From IMG/VR virus record IMGVR_UViG_642973512_000001, positions 68,563 through 132,562 of that record: 64,000 nucleotides of DNA. One strand, 5' to 3'. The stretch is from a virus. Its lineage: Duplodnaviria > Caudoviricetes. The notes under the pieces are model-generated. The model ran no database searches. It saw only the letters and a list, made by a program, of their open reading frames with translations, and had not been told where the DNA came from. The translations under genes and the position numbers were made by a program. Of this stretch, positions 1 through 9,916 are shown in pieces. Every line of letters starts with the position of its first letter. Positions within the stretch are counted from its first letter, which is position 1.

Positions 1-2
1 AT

Positions 3-1031
3 GAAAAATATGAGAAAAGGGTCACTGTAAGCACTGACACTAACACTATAGAAATTGGGATAACGGGTTACAACCGTGCTGAGGACATGTTGTGGGTATA
101 TCAAAACAGCACCTTTATTGCTCATGGAGGAGACTACACGTTTACCGAAGATGGTCTGTCTATTAAAAAGGTAGATGGGGTGTGGGAAGCAGGAACAGTA
201 ATTGACCTAGTAGCTTTAGTCCTCGTTCCGGGTAGCTCTGTAAACCCTACAATGGCTAGTATAGAAACTTTTTATACTATTACCCAAGATGGTGAGAGTG
301 AAATCACCATACCTATTCCTGAGTATAGTTACCTTACAGATCGACTACACCTATACCATGATAATTTATTCCTATATGAAGGGGATCAATGGAGTCTTAA
401 TGAAGATGGTACAAAAGTCATACTTAACTATTCAGTGATAGCAGGAGATAAGCTGTTGTTCACAGTTCTGAAAAAAGTTAAAGAGCCTGTATCAAACGGT
501 GCTGACGGTTCGACACTAGCACCTAACAGTGTGGCTGATTCTAAACTCGCACCGGATAACAAGGTGGGAAGCTTATCCACACTTAAGACAGCTAATAAAG
601 AAAGTGCAGTTAAAGCCATCAATGAGGTATATGACTCTCTACAAACCAATATAGGTAATGTGAGTACTAACACCGAGGACATCAATAAGTTGAAGTCCAG
701 AGCAGATGAAAACGAAGGACAACTTAGCAACATCAAATTTAGTCTAGGGGAAATGGACTCTACTGTGCAAGGCTTACAAACAAACGACCAAGAATACGAG
801 AGCCGGATTTCTAATCTAGAAAATGTAACAAATAGGGAAGGTGTTATCCTTAAGGCTCCTGACCAAAGTACGTGGAAACTTACTGTGGACAACACAGGTG
901 CTTTAGTGACTACTAAAACAGTCATATCAGGAGAATATGACGGTGTTGTAATTGTAGAAAGTCCTGACGGGTCGGGGTGGCAAGTAGGTGTGACAAATGA
1001 TGGAACTTTAGTAACAACTAAAATTCAGTAA
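3..1031 (+). CDS. Tail/baseplate-associated structural protein, 5' end outside the window
   Basis: The frame is open from position 3 up to the listed ATG at 87. It has beta-rich modules, a coiled segment and tail-fibre-like 'APDQSTWKLTVDNTG / SPDGSGWQVGVTNDG' repeats, and lies upstream of the spike genes. Confidence 0.75.
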   Translation, partial: EKYEKRVTVSTDTNTIEIGITGYNRAEDMLWVYQNSTFIAHGGDYTFTEDGLSIKKVDGVWEAGTVIDLVALVLVPGSSVNPTMASIETFYTITQDGESEITIPIPEYSYLTDRLHLYHDNLFLYEGDQWSLNEDGTKVILNYSVIAGDKLLFTVLKKVKEPVSNGADGSTLAPNSVADSKLAPDNKVGSLSTLKTANKESAVKAINEVYDSLQTNIGNVSTNTEDINKLKSRADENEGQLSNIKFSLGEMDSTVQGLQTNDQEYESRISNLENVTNREGVILKAPDQSTWKLTVDNTGALVTTKTVISGEYDGVVIVESPDGSGWQVGVTNDGTLVTTKIQ

Positions 1032-1057
1032 TACTATAGAGAAATGGGGGTTGACAA

Positions 1058-3148
1058 ATGACTGGAAAGATTACCCAGCATGAGTTGTCTCAAGAGTTGC
1101 TAGAGTATATTGCAAATCAGGTACAAGGTCCTGAAGACCTCAGAACAGCCATTTATACTCAAGCATTTACGGCAACCGAGGGACAGACTCAGTTTATCAT
1201 AGATGGTAAATACACTCCAAACACCAAGACTATATTCGTATATGTCTCTGGAATCAAGCTTATTTCTAGAGAAGGGTTTAGTGAATCTAGTGAGGATAGT
1301 ATAAACTTAGCCGAAGGTGTCCCAGCAGGTACTAAAGTAGAAATTACATGGCTTGGTAATGCCACCCCAATTAGTGGGTCTCATGCGGTAACTCATGAGA
1401 TAGGCGGGTCAGATGAAATAGACATGAGAAAGCTGTTAGGGTATGGTGAAATTGACAGCAGAATCTCTGAGATAGAGAAGACTTATCCTAATAAGATGAA
1501 CAACCTTGAAAATACTCTGTCAGAACAGATGACAAGTTTGCAAAACGATACCGAAACTAGGGTCAACCAAGTTGAACAGAACACAACACAGAGGATGGAT
1601 ACCATACAAGCTAATATGACTTCTTCTATGGACAACACATTTAAGAAGTTAACGGCATCGGCAGAACAAAAGGAGTATAACGTAAAAGACTATGGAGCTA
1701 AAGGTGATGGAGTGACAGATGATGCTCCTGCTATTCAAAAGGTCTTAAACATGGCTTTAACTCTTGGAGGTATTAAAATCCGCATACCTTCAGGAACATA
1801 TGCACTGAAGAGTATATTGTATGTATATTCTAACACTGAAATTGTGATGTCTAAGAATACCGTGTTATTAAGGGCGGCGAATACTAACTCTATGTTTTAC
1901 AATGCTGACCCAGCGTCATCAACAACTGCTACTTTATATAATGGTCATGGAAACATTACTATTATTGGTGGTACTTTTGACGCAAACATAGCTAACTTCT
2001 CTGCGGTAAATAACACCATTTGTGGAATAAACCACTGTAGAAATTTGCGATTTGAGGGCGTTACCTTCAAGAATATACGAGACAATCATGCCCTAGATAT
2101 AAACGCCACTGATGGTCTAGTCATTAAAGACTGTAAATTCTTAGGGTTCCGGCTCACCAACCAGAGTCGTAACTATGTAGAAGCCATTCAGTTAGACGTT
2201 TGTACACCAGGGTCCTTCCCTGCCTTTGGCACGTATGACAGGACTGAAACTAAAAATGTACTTATTGAAGGGTGTTATTTTGGTCCCAGTGATACAGAAG
2301 GCAGTTGGGCTACTGGGATTGGCAACCATGGAGCTGTTCATGACAAATGGAACCACAACATCACTATCAGGAATAATAGATTCGATGGTTGTACGTATGG
2401 TGGAATTAGAGCTTATAAGTGGTCTCAATTGCTAGTGGAAGGTAACGTGTTTGAAAACTGCAATCGACCGTTTGCCTATGTCATTCCTACTCCTAACTCT
2501 GTCAATACGGAGGATGCTAATGGGGTGCAATCTGGTGTCACTCAAGGTGGAGAAGACATTAAAGTTGTCAATAACACCATGATAAACTGTAATGACCACG
2601 GAATATATGTAGCAGGATATCGTGATGCCGATACCTCTAAGGTGGTCTCTAATAAGAGAATAACTGTGGGAGGCAACTCCATATATAATACCCCATCAGG
2701 GTACAACTCAATAGATGTAGTCTATGGTGAAGATGTGGTAGTCGGAAACAATATCTGTGAAGGTTCTAGGAGGTTATTCTATGGTGCGTACTGTACAAGA
2801 GCCACTATTACAGGTAATATATCACACAATGCTCTCAACCACACATACTTGGCAAATTGCACAGGAGCAACGATATCAGGCAACACAGGTCAAAAATGTG
2901 GTCAACATGGGATAAGAATTGAGGCTTGTAATTCTATAAATGTTGGCGGTAACACAATTCTTGACTGTTCAATAGATGCATCCCAAACTTATCATGGTAT
3001 ATGTGTAGTAACTGCAAGTAGTTATGTCATGGTAATAAATAATGTGATCACGGAAAGTTCACCACTAATGTTGTCAGCTGTAGCCATAACCACTGATAGT
3101 ACAAACTGCACACAGTCTAACAACTTAACTAACGTGACTTCATCTTAA
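1058..3148 (+). CDS. Tail spike / receptor-binding protein with pectate-lyase-like right-handed beta-helix
   Basis: 'NVKDYGAKGDGVTDDAPAIQ' Pectate_lyase_3 start motif, followed by Asn/Gly-rich beta-helix repeats; N-terminal attachment and coiled region. Confidence 0.85.
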   Translation: MTGKITQHELSQELLEYIANQVQGPEDLRTAIYTQAFTATEGQTQFIIDGKYTPNTKTIFVYVSGIKLISREGFSESSEDSINLAEGVPAGTKVEITWLGNATPISGSHAVTHEIGGSDEIDMRKLLGYGEIDSRISEIEKTYPNKMNNLENTLSEQMTSLQNDTETRVNQVEQNTTQRMDTIQANMTSSMDNTFKKLTASAEQKEYNVKDYGAKGDGVTDDAPAIQKVLNMALTLGGIKIRIPSGTYALKSILYVYSNTEIVMSKNTVLLRAANTNSMFYNADPASSTTATLYNGHGNITIIGGTFDANIANFSAVNNTICGINHCRNLRFEGVTFKNIRDNHALDINATDGLVIKDCKFLGFRLTNQSRNYVEAIQLDVCTPGSFPAFGTYDRTETKNVLIEGCYFGPSDTEGSWATGIGNHGAVHDKWNHNITIRNNRFDGCTYGGIRAYKWSQLLVEGNVFENCNRPFAYVIPTPNSVNTEDANGVQSGVTQGGEDIKVVNNTMINCNDHGIYVAGYRDADTSKVVSNKRITVGGNSIYNTPSGYNSIDVVYGEDVVVGNNICEGSRRLFYGAYCTRATITGNISHNALNHTYLANCTGATISGNTGQKCGQHGIRIEACNSINVGGNTILDCSIDASQTYHGICVVTASSYVMVINNVITESSPLMLSAVAITTDSTNCTQSNNLTNVTSS

Positions 3149-3168
3149 TACTTTAGGAGGAATATAAA

Positions 3169-3642
3169 ATGAGAGCGACTCAAAAAGATATCTACATTCC
3201 AAAGACCATCACTGAAAAGGTAACTGCTGTAAACGAGAAAATTAACAACATCATAGACAATAGGGACCGAAATACAGTTGATGTATCTGTTAGTTACTTA
3301 GATGCTGACAACAAAGTATTATCTAAGGAAAGCTATAGTATCTTCAATGAGAATTTTGACTTCCTGATGTCTCAACATTCTGTGTTTGGGGAAGGAAAAC
3401 CTAAGGATGCTTATCGTGAAAGCGATTTGTGGTATGTGGTTGATATCTTGAGAGGGGTAAAGCAGATGCCAGAACCAGACCCAGTTGAAGAAACCCCTCC
3501 TACTACAGAAGAACCTATAACTGAAGAACCTATAACTGAAGAGGAGCCGATAACAGGAGAACCTATCACCGAGGAACCAGCGAGTGACACTACTCCCAGC
3601 ACAGGAGACACCACTACTGGAGAAGGTAGCACAACTGATTAA
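3169..3642 (+). CDS. Hypothetical tail-module protein with acidic (EEPIT)n C-terminal repeats
   Basis: AGGAGG RBS; repeats visible at both DNA and protein level. Confidence 0.75.
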   Translation: MRATQKDIYIPKTITEKVTAVNEKINNIIDNRDRNTVDVSVSYLDADNKVLSKESYSIFNENFDFLMSQHSVFGEGKPKDAYRESDLWYVVDILRGVKQMPEPDPVEETPPTTEEPITEEPITEEEPITGEPITEEPASDTTPSTGDTTTGEGSTTD

Positions 3643-3656
3643 GGGGGTATTAGAGT

Positions 3657-3860
3657 ATGAAAAAGGTTGAGTACACAGATTCAATACATGATCTAACTGC
3701 TTCTCATAACAAGCTGATGGATAGACTTACAAAAGTAGGCTCTAGGGCTGAGCGCCCTACCAATCCCGACATTGGCATGATGTACTTTGATACCAATCTA
3801 GGGATACCTATATGGTGGAACGGCATGGCTTGGATAAACGCAACAGGGGCATTAGTATAG
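3657..3860 (+). CDS. Small tail-fibre-associated protein
   Basis: GGGGGT RBS; 'RPTNPDIGMMYFDTNLGIPIWWNG' motif typical of phage fibre/spike C-terminal modules. Confidence 0.7.
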   Translation: MKKVEYTDSIHDLTASHNKLMDRLTKVGSRAERPTNPDIGMMYFDTNLGIPIWWNGMAWINATGALV

Positions 3861-3869
3861 TCATAATCT

Positions 3870-3900
3870 AGCAGGTTAATATAACCTGCTTTTCCTTTTT
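3870..3900 (+). terminator. Rho-independent terminator
   Basis: AGCAGGTTA-AT-ATAACCTGCT hairpin followed by a T tract. Confidence 0.75.
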
Positions 3901-3948
3901 ATTCCTTGTCTGGATTTTTATAATTGACATTATACAAGGAGGTATACT

Positions 3949-5754
3949 ATGGACCACACACCAGATATACAAAGAGATATCAATAATATTCAAATTGATG
4001 TCACTAAGTTTGGGGTAAAAGGTGATGGAGTAACAGATGACACTGCCGCTATGAATAGGGCACTAAAATGGATCAAGGACAACGGGTATGACACAGCATA
4101 CATCCCCTCAGGGACATACATGATAGATGGGGTAAACAGGAGCACTCAGTATAATGTATGGCGCAATGGTGGAATAGTTGTACCTAGTGACGTCAATATA
4201 GTCATGGACTATGATACCATCATCAAAGTTATTCCAAATGATTCTTGGGGATACTCAGCATTTTATGTTGGCAGAGCATCCAATGTTACTATTAGTGGGG
4301 GTCAAATTATTGGAGATAAAGCCAACCACACCTATAACAAAACCCTGAACAAAGAAACAAATGAGTGGGGCTTTGGAATCTGTATAGAAGCCTCCAACAA
4401 CATAGTCGTGGAAGGCGTCAGGATCAGTGAGTGTATCGGTGATGGTGTTATAATCTCCCCTATAGGTTTAGCTACAGACCCCAATTATCGCACTAGTACT
4501 AATGTAGTTGTTAGAAGATGTATTATTGATGGCTCTCGCAGAAACAATATTTCTGTTACTGGGTGTGAGTATATCATCCTAGAGGGCAACACCCTAACTA
4601 ATGCTGGTGTTGAGGGAGTCACCCCGAAATTCGGTATTGATATTGAGGGTTACGGGGAAGGAGATATTGACTATGAATTCCCACTTAATATCACAGTAAA
4701 AGACAACTATGTGGTGGGTAGCAAAAAGGCTTCTATTTGTAACTTCAATGGTTATGGCGTAATCATTACCAATAACCATGTTGATAGCTACCTCTCTTAT
4801 GGATTTGGCACAGAAACTGTTATTTCAGATAACGTAGTCAAGAAGCTGGATAGCTTTGCTTGTGAAATTGATGTGGGCATCACAGGTCTAGGTGTCTCTA
4901 ATGGTTTTCCAGGCAATAACTCAGTTGTATCAAATAATACAGTAACAGGATTCTCCACAGGAATTGATACACGTGGGGCTGATGTACTAGTAACAGGAAA
5001 CAAAGTTTATCAATATGACAATGTTGGTATCGCTACTTGGGCGACAAATAAAGTAGTCATAAGCGGTAACGTAGTTAGTGGCTTTGTTACAACAAGTGAC
5101 ACTACAAAATATGGTCAAGGCATACGATTATTCACGGGATCAGATATATCTGTCTTAAGTAACAGAATATCCGAAACTAAGATGGGTGTCTACTCTCAAA
5201 GTACCTCAGACGTTGTTATTAAAGACAACTATATCAAGCGTGTGGGTATTGGTATCCAAGTGGGTGGAACCTCTGCAATTGTAGAAAACAATGTGTTAGT
5301 ACAGGGAGATATTAGTGATCTTGGATATAAAGCAGAGTATGCTATTCAAGCCACTGGTACAACTTTAAAGGCAACTATAAGAGGTAACTATGTCCAAGAC
5401 TTTACAGGAACTCCAATATACTCCTACAAAGCCACTTGTAAAGTCTTAGATAATACAATAGAAGGAGCTGTTTCTTATTCAGCCATACAGTTGAATGGGG
5501 ATAAACATTATGTTGTTGGTAACCGCATTAGTATGAACCGCTCCAATACCACTTGCTATGGTATCTATATAGAGTACTCAACAAATTCCTCCATTATAGA
5601 TAACACTATGTATAGTATATCTGGAAACGCCATGAAAAACGCAATCACTACCAACACAACTTCTACAGGCACTAAAATTATTGCTAATAAAATTATAAAT
5701 GGAACTATAGCTTCACACTCTACAGATACGGTAACGGGTAACCAATTGATATAA
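3949..5754 (+). CDS. Second right-handed beta-helix (pectin-lyase-like) protein, putative depolymerase
   Basis: 'DVTKFGVKGDGVTDDTAAMN' motif and parallel beta-helix repeats; AAGGAGGT RBS. Confidence 0.85.
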   Translation: MDHTPDIQRDINNIQIDVTKFGVKGDGVTDDTAAMNRALKWIKDNGYDTAYIPSGTYMIDGVNRSTQYNVWRNGGIVVPSDVNIVMDYDTIIKVIPNDSWGYSAFYVGRASNVTISGGQIIGDKANHTYNKTLNKETNEWGFGICIEASNNIVVEGVRISECIGDGVIISPIGLATDPNYRTSTNVVVRRCIIDGSRRNNISVTGCEYIILEGNTLTNAGVEGVTPKFGIDIEGYGEGDIDYEFPLNITVKDNYVVGSKKASICNFNGYGVIITNNHVDSYLSYGFGTETVISDNVVKKLDSFACEIDVGITGLGVSNGFPGNNSVVSNNTVTGFSTGIDTRGADVLVTGNKVYQYDNVGIATWATNKVVISGNVVSGFVTTSDTTKYGQGIRLFTGSDISVLSNRISETKMGVYSQSTSDVVIKDNYIKRVGIGIQVGGTSAIVENNVLVQGDISDLGYKAEYAIQATGTTLKATIRGNYVQDFTGTPIYSYKATCKVLDNTIEGAVSYSAIQLNGDKHYVVGNRISMNRSNTTCYGIYIEYSTNSSIIDNTMYSISGNAMKNAITTNTTSTGTKIIANKIINGTIASHSTDTVTGNQLI

Positions 5755-5895
5755 GATATGCTCATGACATCCTAGTGATTACTTATCAAAATTCTCCCCA
5801 TCTTCTGATTTTAAAGGTGTCACCAATCATTACTCTTTACGTACAGGGGTGTTGTTATGGAATATACACATGGAAGGCAGGCAGGAGGTGGGGAC

Positions 5896-6375
5896 ATGAG
5901 ATATTACTTTGGTCAGTTGTTTAACGATTTCCACACAAAAATGATACTCAGTTCAATCGGAGCAGTCATATCAGTCATAGAGAATTTTTATGGAGAAATG
6001 GTATGGGGTTTCCTCATGCTGTTTGTACTGGATTTCATTACTGGAATAATGAAGTCAAAATACAAAGGTGTCCCTATAAGCAGTAAAAGACTTAGAAGCT
6101 CTGTTTCTAAGTTAGGAGCTTATATGATTTTGCTGACTGCTGTTATTGTCACTAGTAAGTACGAAGCGTCTTTTGTCCCTATTATAGCCTTAATCTACTA
6201 TTGGTATATGTTTACAGAACTAAAGTCAATCTTTGAAAATGTGGGTGAAATGGGAATAAAGTTACCTAATTTTCTAAAGGTTAAGGTAGATCAAAAGCTA
6301 GATGAGATTGACCAAAAAGTAGACGCCGTAAAGGAGATTACAGATACATTAGAAAAAGACAATCATGAGAAATAG
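5896..6375 (+). CDS. Holin (phage holin 4 family)
   Basis: Several hydrophobic segments, 'LDFITGIMKS' and 'ELKSIFENVGEMGIKLP' motifs; AGGAGGTG RBS before ATG 5896 (alternative ATG at 5857); directly upstream of the endolysin. Confidence 0.85.
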   Translation: MRYYFGQLFNDFHTKMILSSIGAVISVIENFYGEMVWGFLMLFVLDFITGIMKSKYKGVPISSKRLRSSVSKLGAYMILLTAVIVTSKYEASFVPIIALIYYWYMFTELKSIFENVGEMGIKLPNFLKVKVDQKLDEIDQKVDAVKEITDTLEKDNHEK

Positions 6376-6382
6376 TATTATG

Positions 6383-6407
6383 TGGGCATATCTTATGCCC
6401 ATTTTTT
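6383..6407 (+). terminator. Rho-independent terminator between holin and endolysin
   Basis: TGGGCATA-TCT-TATGCCCA followed by TTTTTT. Confidence 0.6.
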
Positions 6408-6437
6408 ATTTTATAATATTAAAAGGAGGTATGTGAT

Positions 6438-7469
6438 GTGGGAGCACCATTTACACTACAGGAACTTATTGACAAGTCCAACAAAAGACTAGGTGTTTCA
6501 GGACTGAACAAGGTAGTATATGAGTCCGCCATTGAAGTCATCAAAAGAGCATACAAAGAAGGTATCTGGGTTCAGTATTCTGCTGGATACCGTTCCTATG
6601 CAGAGCAAAACGCCCTGTACGCCCAAGGTCGTACAAAACCAGGTAGCATTGTTACAAATGCTAGAGGTGGGTACTCTAACCACAACTTTGGATTAGCAGT
6701 TGACTATTTCTTGTATGACGACAATGGTAAAGCACACTGGAATGTTAACTCTGATTGGAAGCGTGTTGCTCAGATTGCTAAAGATCTAGGCTTTGAATGG
6801 GGTGGAGACTGGAAGAGTTTCTATGACGCTCCTCACTTAGAAATGACTGGAGGTTTATCTACAGCACAACTTCGTGCAGGTAAACGCCCTAAACTAGTTT
6901 CTAAAGTCAAAAATCCTGTAAGTAAGCCTAGCACATCTTCAAGCTCTTCTGGTTCTTCCAAGAAGAACTACTTGTCTAAGGGTGACAACAGCTCTGCTGT
7001 TAAAACCATGCAAGAAAAGCTTAATGCGGCTGGCTTCAGTGTCGGGAAGGCTGATGGTATCTTCGGAGCTAAAACTGAGTCTGCTCTAAAAGCATTCCAG
7101 AAATCTGTAGGTATCTCTGCTGATGGTCTTTATGGTCCAACCTCTAAGGCTAAACTTGAATCCTACAAAAAGCCATCTAGCTCAAAAAAGTCTAAGGGTA
7201 CTATTGTTCTCCCTAAAGGGGTTGTGTCTAGTGGCTCCAGTCACTCTGACATCAAGAATGTACAAACAGCTACCTCAGCTCTGTATTTCTACCCAGATAA
7301 GGGAGCAAAGAACAATGGTATTGATGGGTACTGGGGTCCTAAGACACAAGATGCTATTCGTAGGTACCAAAGCACTAAAAGTGGTCTGAAAACTGATGGT
7401 ATCTATGGTCCTGCTACACGTAAAGCCTTGGAAAAAGACTTAAAAGAGGCAGGGTACACTGTAAAGTGA
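6438..7469 (+). CDS. Endolysin: M15 (L-Ala-D-Glu) peptidase plus two PG_binding_1 domains
   Basis: 'GYRSYAEQNALYAQGRT..S.HNFGLAVD..WGGDWKSFYDAPHLE' catalytic motifs; 'DGIFGAKT..A.KAFQ..DGLYGP' binding repeats. Confidence 0.92.
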   Translation: MGAPFTLQELIDKSNKRLGVSGLNKVVYESAIEVIKRAYKEGIWVQYSAGYRSYAEQNALYAQGRTKPGSIVTNARGGYSNHNFGLAVDYFLYDDNGKAHWNVNSDWKRVAQIAKDLGFEWGGDWKSFYDAPHLEMTGGLSTAQLRAGKRPKLVSKVKNPVSKPSTSSSSSGSSKKNYLSKGDNSSAVKTMQEKLNAAGFSVGKADGIFGAKTESALKAFQKSVGISADGLYGPTSKAKLESYKKPSSSKKSKGTIVLPKGVVSSGSSHSDIKNVQTATSALYFYPDKGAKNNGIDGYWGPKTQDAIRRYQSTKSGLKTDGIYGPATRKALEKDLKEAGYTVK

Positions 7470-7497
7470 CCCTGACCCCCTAAAGGAGGAATAACAC

Positions 7498-7872
7498 ATG
7501 GAACAATTTGTAAACGCTCTTGTACAAGCTGGTGTTGAGATTATTGTGATTATTCTTGGTGCTCTGTTATCCCTTGTGTCTGCTAAAGCGGTCAAGGTAC
7601 TTAACACAATCAAGAAAAAGGATGAAACTGGAATCGTAGACGCAGTTACTGATGCTGTGGTTAACCTAGCTGAGAAAGAGCTATCAGGTGCCAAAGGTCT
7701 AGAAAAACGTGATTATGCTGTTAAGAAAGCTGTGGAAATCCTACACTCTAAAGGACTAAAAAGCATCACTGAAACCGAAATCCTTGCTGGGATTGAAGCG
7801 GGTGTTAAAAAGATGCCCAAAAAAATCGGCGCCACACTTTCAATTGATGGTCTAAGCCAGAATGTAGAATAA
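7498..7872 (+). CDS. Second holin-like membrane protein (LL-H type)
   Basis: N-terminal TM helix and 'AV..AE...G.EK..A...IEAGV' pattern; directly downstream of the endolysin. Confidence 0.7.
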   Translation: MEQFVNALVQAGVEIIVIILGALLSLVSAKAVKVLNTIKKKDETGIVDAVTDAVVNLAEKELSGAKGLEKRDYAVKKAVEILHSKGLKSITETEILAGIEAGVKKMPKKIGATLSIDGLSQNVE

Positions 7873-7880
7873 TGATAGGC

Positions 7881-7915
7881 AAAAATCCCTTGGAAATCCA
7901 TCCAAGGGATTTTTT
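7881..7915 (+). terminator. Rho-independent terminator ending the lysis module
   Basis: AAAAATCCCTTGGA..TCCAAGGGATTTTT inverted repeat with T tract. Confidence 0.85.
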
Positions 7916-8041
7916 ATTGGATAAGGATAATCGAAAAATTCACCTATCATTCCCCTACTGTCATCTTTATACATTGAAATCTTCACTGCCCGTACCCTAC
8001 TGATTTGACTACACTTCCCAGATGAGAAAAAATTAGGTCAA

Positions 8042-8072
8042 CGGTGAAAAGTTCGGTAAATTCAATTATTTT
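8042..8072 (+). promoter_or_regulatory. Putative gp28-dependent middle promoter
   Basis: CGGTGA-18 bp-TTATTTT compared with the SPO1 middle consensus AGGAGA-18-TTTnTTT. Confidence 0.45.
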
Positions 8073-8106
8073 TTATATGAAGAAATTAAAATGGAGGTGC
8101 CCTGCT

Positions 8107-9699
8107 GTGGCGATTATAGAGCTAGGTAATGTGCATTCAACCATAAAAGAAGCTTCTAAAGAAGCTATGCACCGCCTTAATGAAGCACTGGCTGTGGAAA
8201 AACCGGGGTTCTCGTTTTCTTCAACATACAATAGAGGGTTTTGGGATGGAAAAGTACGGTTCTTAAACAAGAAGACAGGACAGTTCCCTACGGGACTTTT
8301 ATCATATGTAGCTAAAACTCTTAAAAAACATGGAGAAGAATATGAGATAGTAGACAAAAGAACTCCGATTGAATACTCAGTTGGTAAAGAAATCATACTT
8401 AGTCATAAAAAACTGGGTCAGATTACCCTCAGAGACTACCAGTACGAATGTGTAGAAAAAGGTCTTGCCGCTTCCAGAGGAATTATAAATGTGGCTACCA
8501 ACGGAGGTAAAACTGAGATTGCTTGTGGCATAATCAAGTCTATATTACCTCACCTAAAAGAGGGTCAAAAAATAGCCTTCTTTACTCACTCTACTGAAAT
8601 CTTTAACCAGTCAGCTAAAAGGATATCTGAGAGGTTACAGATAAATGTAGGCAAGATTGGGGCAGGTACTTGGGATGAACAACAGGTCACTGTAGTAATG
8701 ATACCTACTATTCAAAAATACTATAAAAAGCCTAAAAAACCAACTGCCACAAAGAAATTAAAAGACCTACAGGCTGAGGCTAAAAGACTAAAAGAATTAT
8801 CCATAAGGGATAAGTCATATAAAGAAGAATATAAAAGTGCCCAAGAAGCTGTTAAGCAATACACCAAACAACAAATGGACAAGCTAAATGAGGGTTATAA
8901 TAAAGGTAAAAGTTTCCTGGATTCCCTAGTTGGCTTTATAGCTGATGAAGCTCACCACTCCTCCTCAGATACTTGGTATAATATCTTCATGTCCCTAGAA
9001 GACTGTTATTTCAGGTATGGTCTAACTGGGACAGTGGATGATTCAGAGGACTCAGATGAGATAAACATATTCAGATTATATGGGTGCACGGGAAAGATTA
9101 TCAAGAAAGTAACAAACAAGTTTCTAATAGATAATGGCTATTCAGCTAAGCCTACAGTATATTTCTTACCTGTGAACACTAAATCAGTTGATTATGTAGA
9201 CTATCAAACCGCTAGGGATCAAGGTATTATCAATAATCAAGAAAGAAACCAAGTGTTTGTTGATAAGGTACTGGAGAGAGCAAAATCAGGGAAACAGTGT
9301 TTAATTATTGTGAACGAAACAACTCATGGTGAGATCATCTTAAGCATGCTACAGAACCAAGGAGTAACAGTAGACTTCACCCATGGGGAAATGACTAAAA
9401 CACACAGGCAATCAGTTCTTGATAGACTGGATGAAGGTTCTCTAGATGTTCTGGTAGCAACACCTATATTAGATGAAGGTGTGGATGTGTCTGGTATTAA
9501 CTGTCTGTTTTTAATGGCGGGCGGCAAGAGTATGAGACAGATTCTGCAAAGAATTGGGAGGGGTCTACGTAAGAAAGAAGATGGTAGTGGTCTTGAGGTT
9601 TATGACGCTCTAGATTATCATAATGAATTTCTGGTGGATCACACAGCTAGGAGATATCAGACTTACAAAAACGAGGAATTTGAAGTTAAAAAGCTGTGA
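8107..9699 (+). CDS. SF2 DEAH-box DNA helicase (UvsW-like)
   Basis: LRDYQ, ATNGGKT, DEAHH, GLTGT and QRIGRGLR motifs; GGAGGTG RBS before GTG 8107. Confidence 0.9.
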   Translation: MAIIELGNVHSTIKEASKEAMHRLNEALAVEKPGFSFSSTYNRGFWDGKVRFLNKKTGQFPTGLLSYVAKTLKKHGEEYEIVDKRTPIEYSVGKEIILSHKKLGQITLRDYQYECVEKGLAASRGIINVATNGGKTEIACGIIKSILPHLKEGQKIAFFTHSTEIFNQSAKRISERLQINVGKIGAGTWDEQQVTVVMIPTIQKYYKKPKKPTATKKLKDLQAEAKRLKELSIRDKSYKEEYKSAQEAVKQYTKQQMDKLNEGYNKGKSFLDSLVGFIADEAHHSSSDTWYNIFMSLEDCYFRYGLTGTVDDSEDSDEINIFRLYGCTGKIIKKVTNKFLIDNGYSAKPTVYFLPVNTKSVDYVDYQTARDQGIINNQERNQVFVDKVLERAKSGKQCLIIVNETTHGEIILSMLQNQGVTVDFTHGEMTKTHRQSVLDRLDEGSLDVLVATPILDEGVDVSGINCLFLMAGGKSMRQILQRIGRGLRKKEDGSGLEVYDALDYHNEFLVDHTARRYQTYKNEEFEVKKL

Positions 9700-9708
9700 T
9701 GTTGCTAC

Positions 9709-9734
9709 AAAGGCTGGGGTTGCGCTCAGCCTTT
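9709..9734 (+). terminator. Terminator-like hairpin after the helicase
   Basis: AAAGGCTGGG..CTCAGCCTTT. Confidence 0.55.
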
Positions 9735-9843
<109 letters not shown>

Positions 9844-9916
9844 ATTTTTGTCCTACGAAGTAGGACAAAAAGAGCGCAACACAACAATATCGTCATACAG
9901 TATGGGGGTACTGAAA

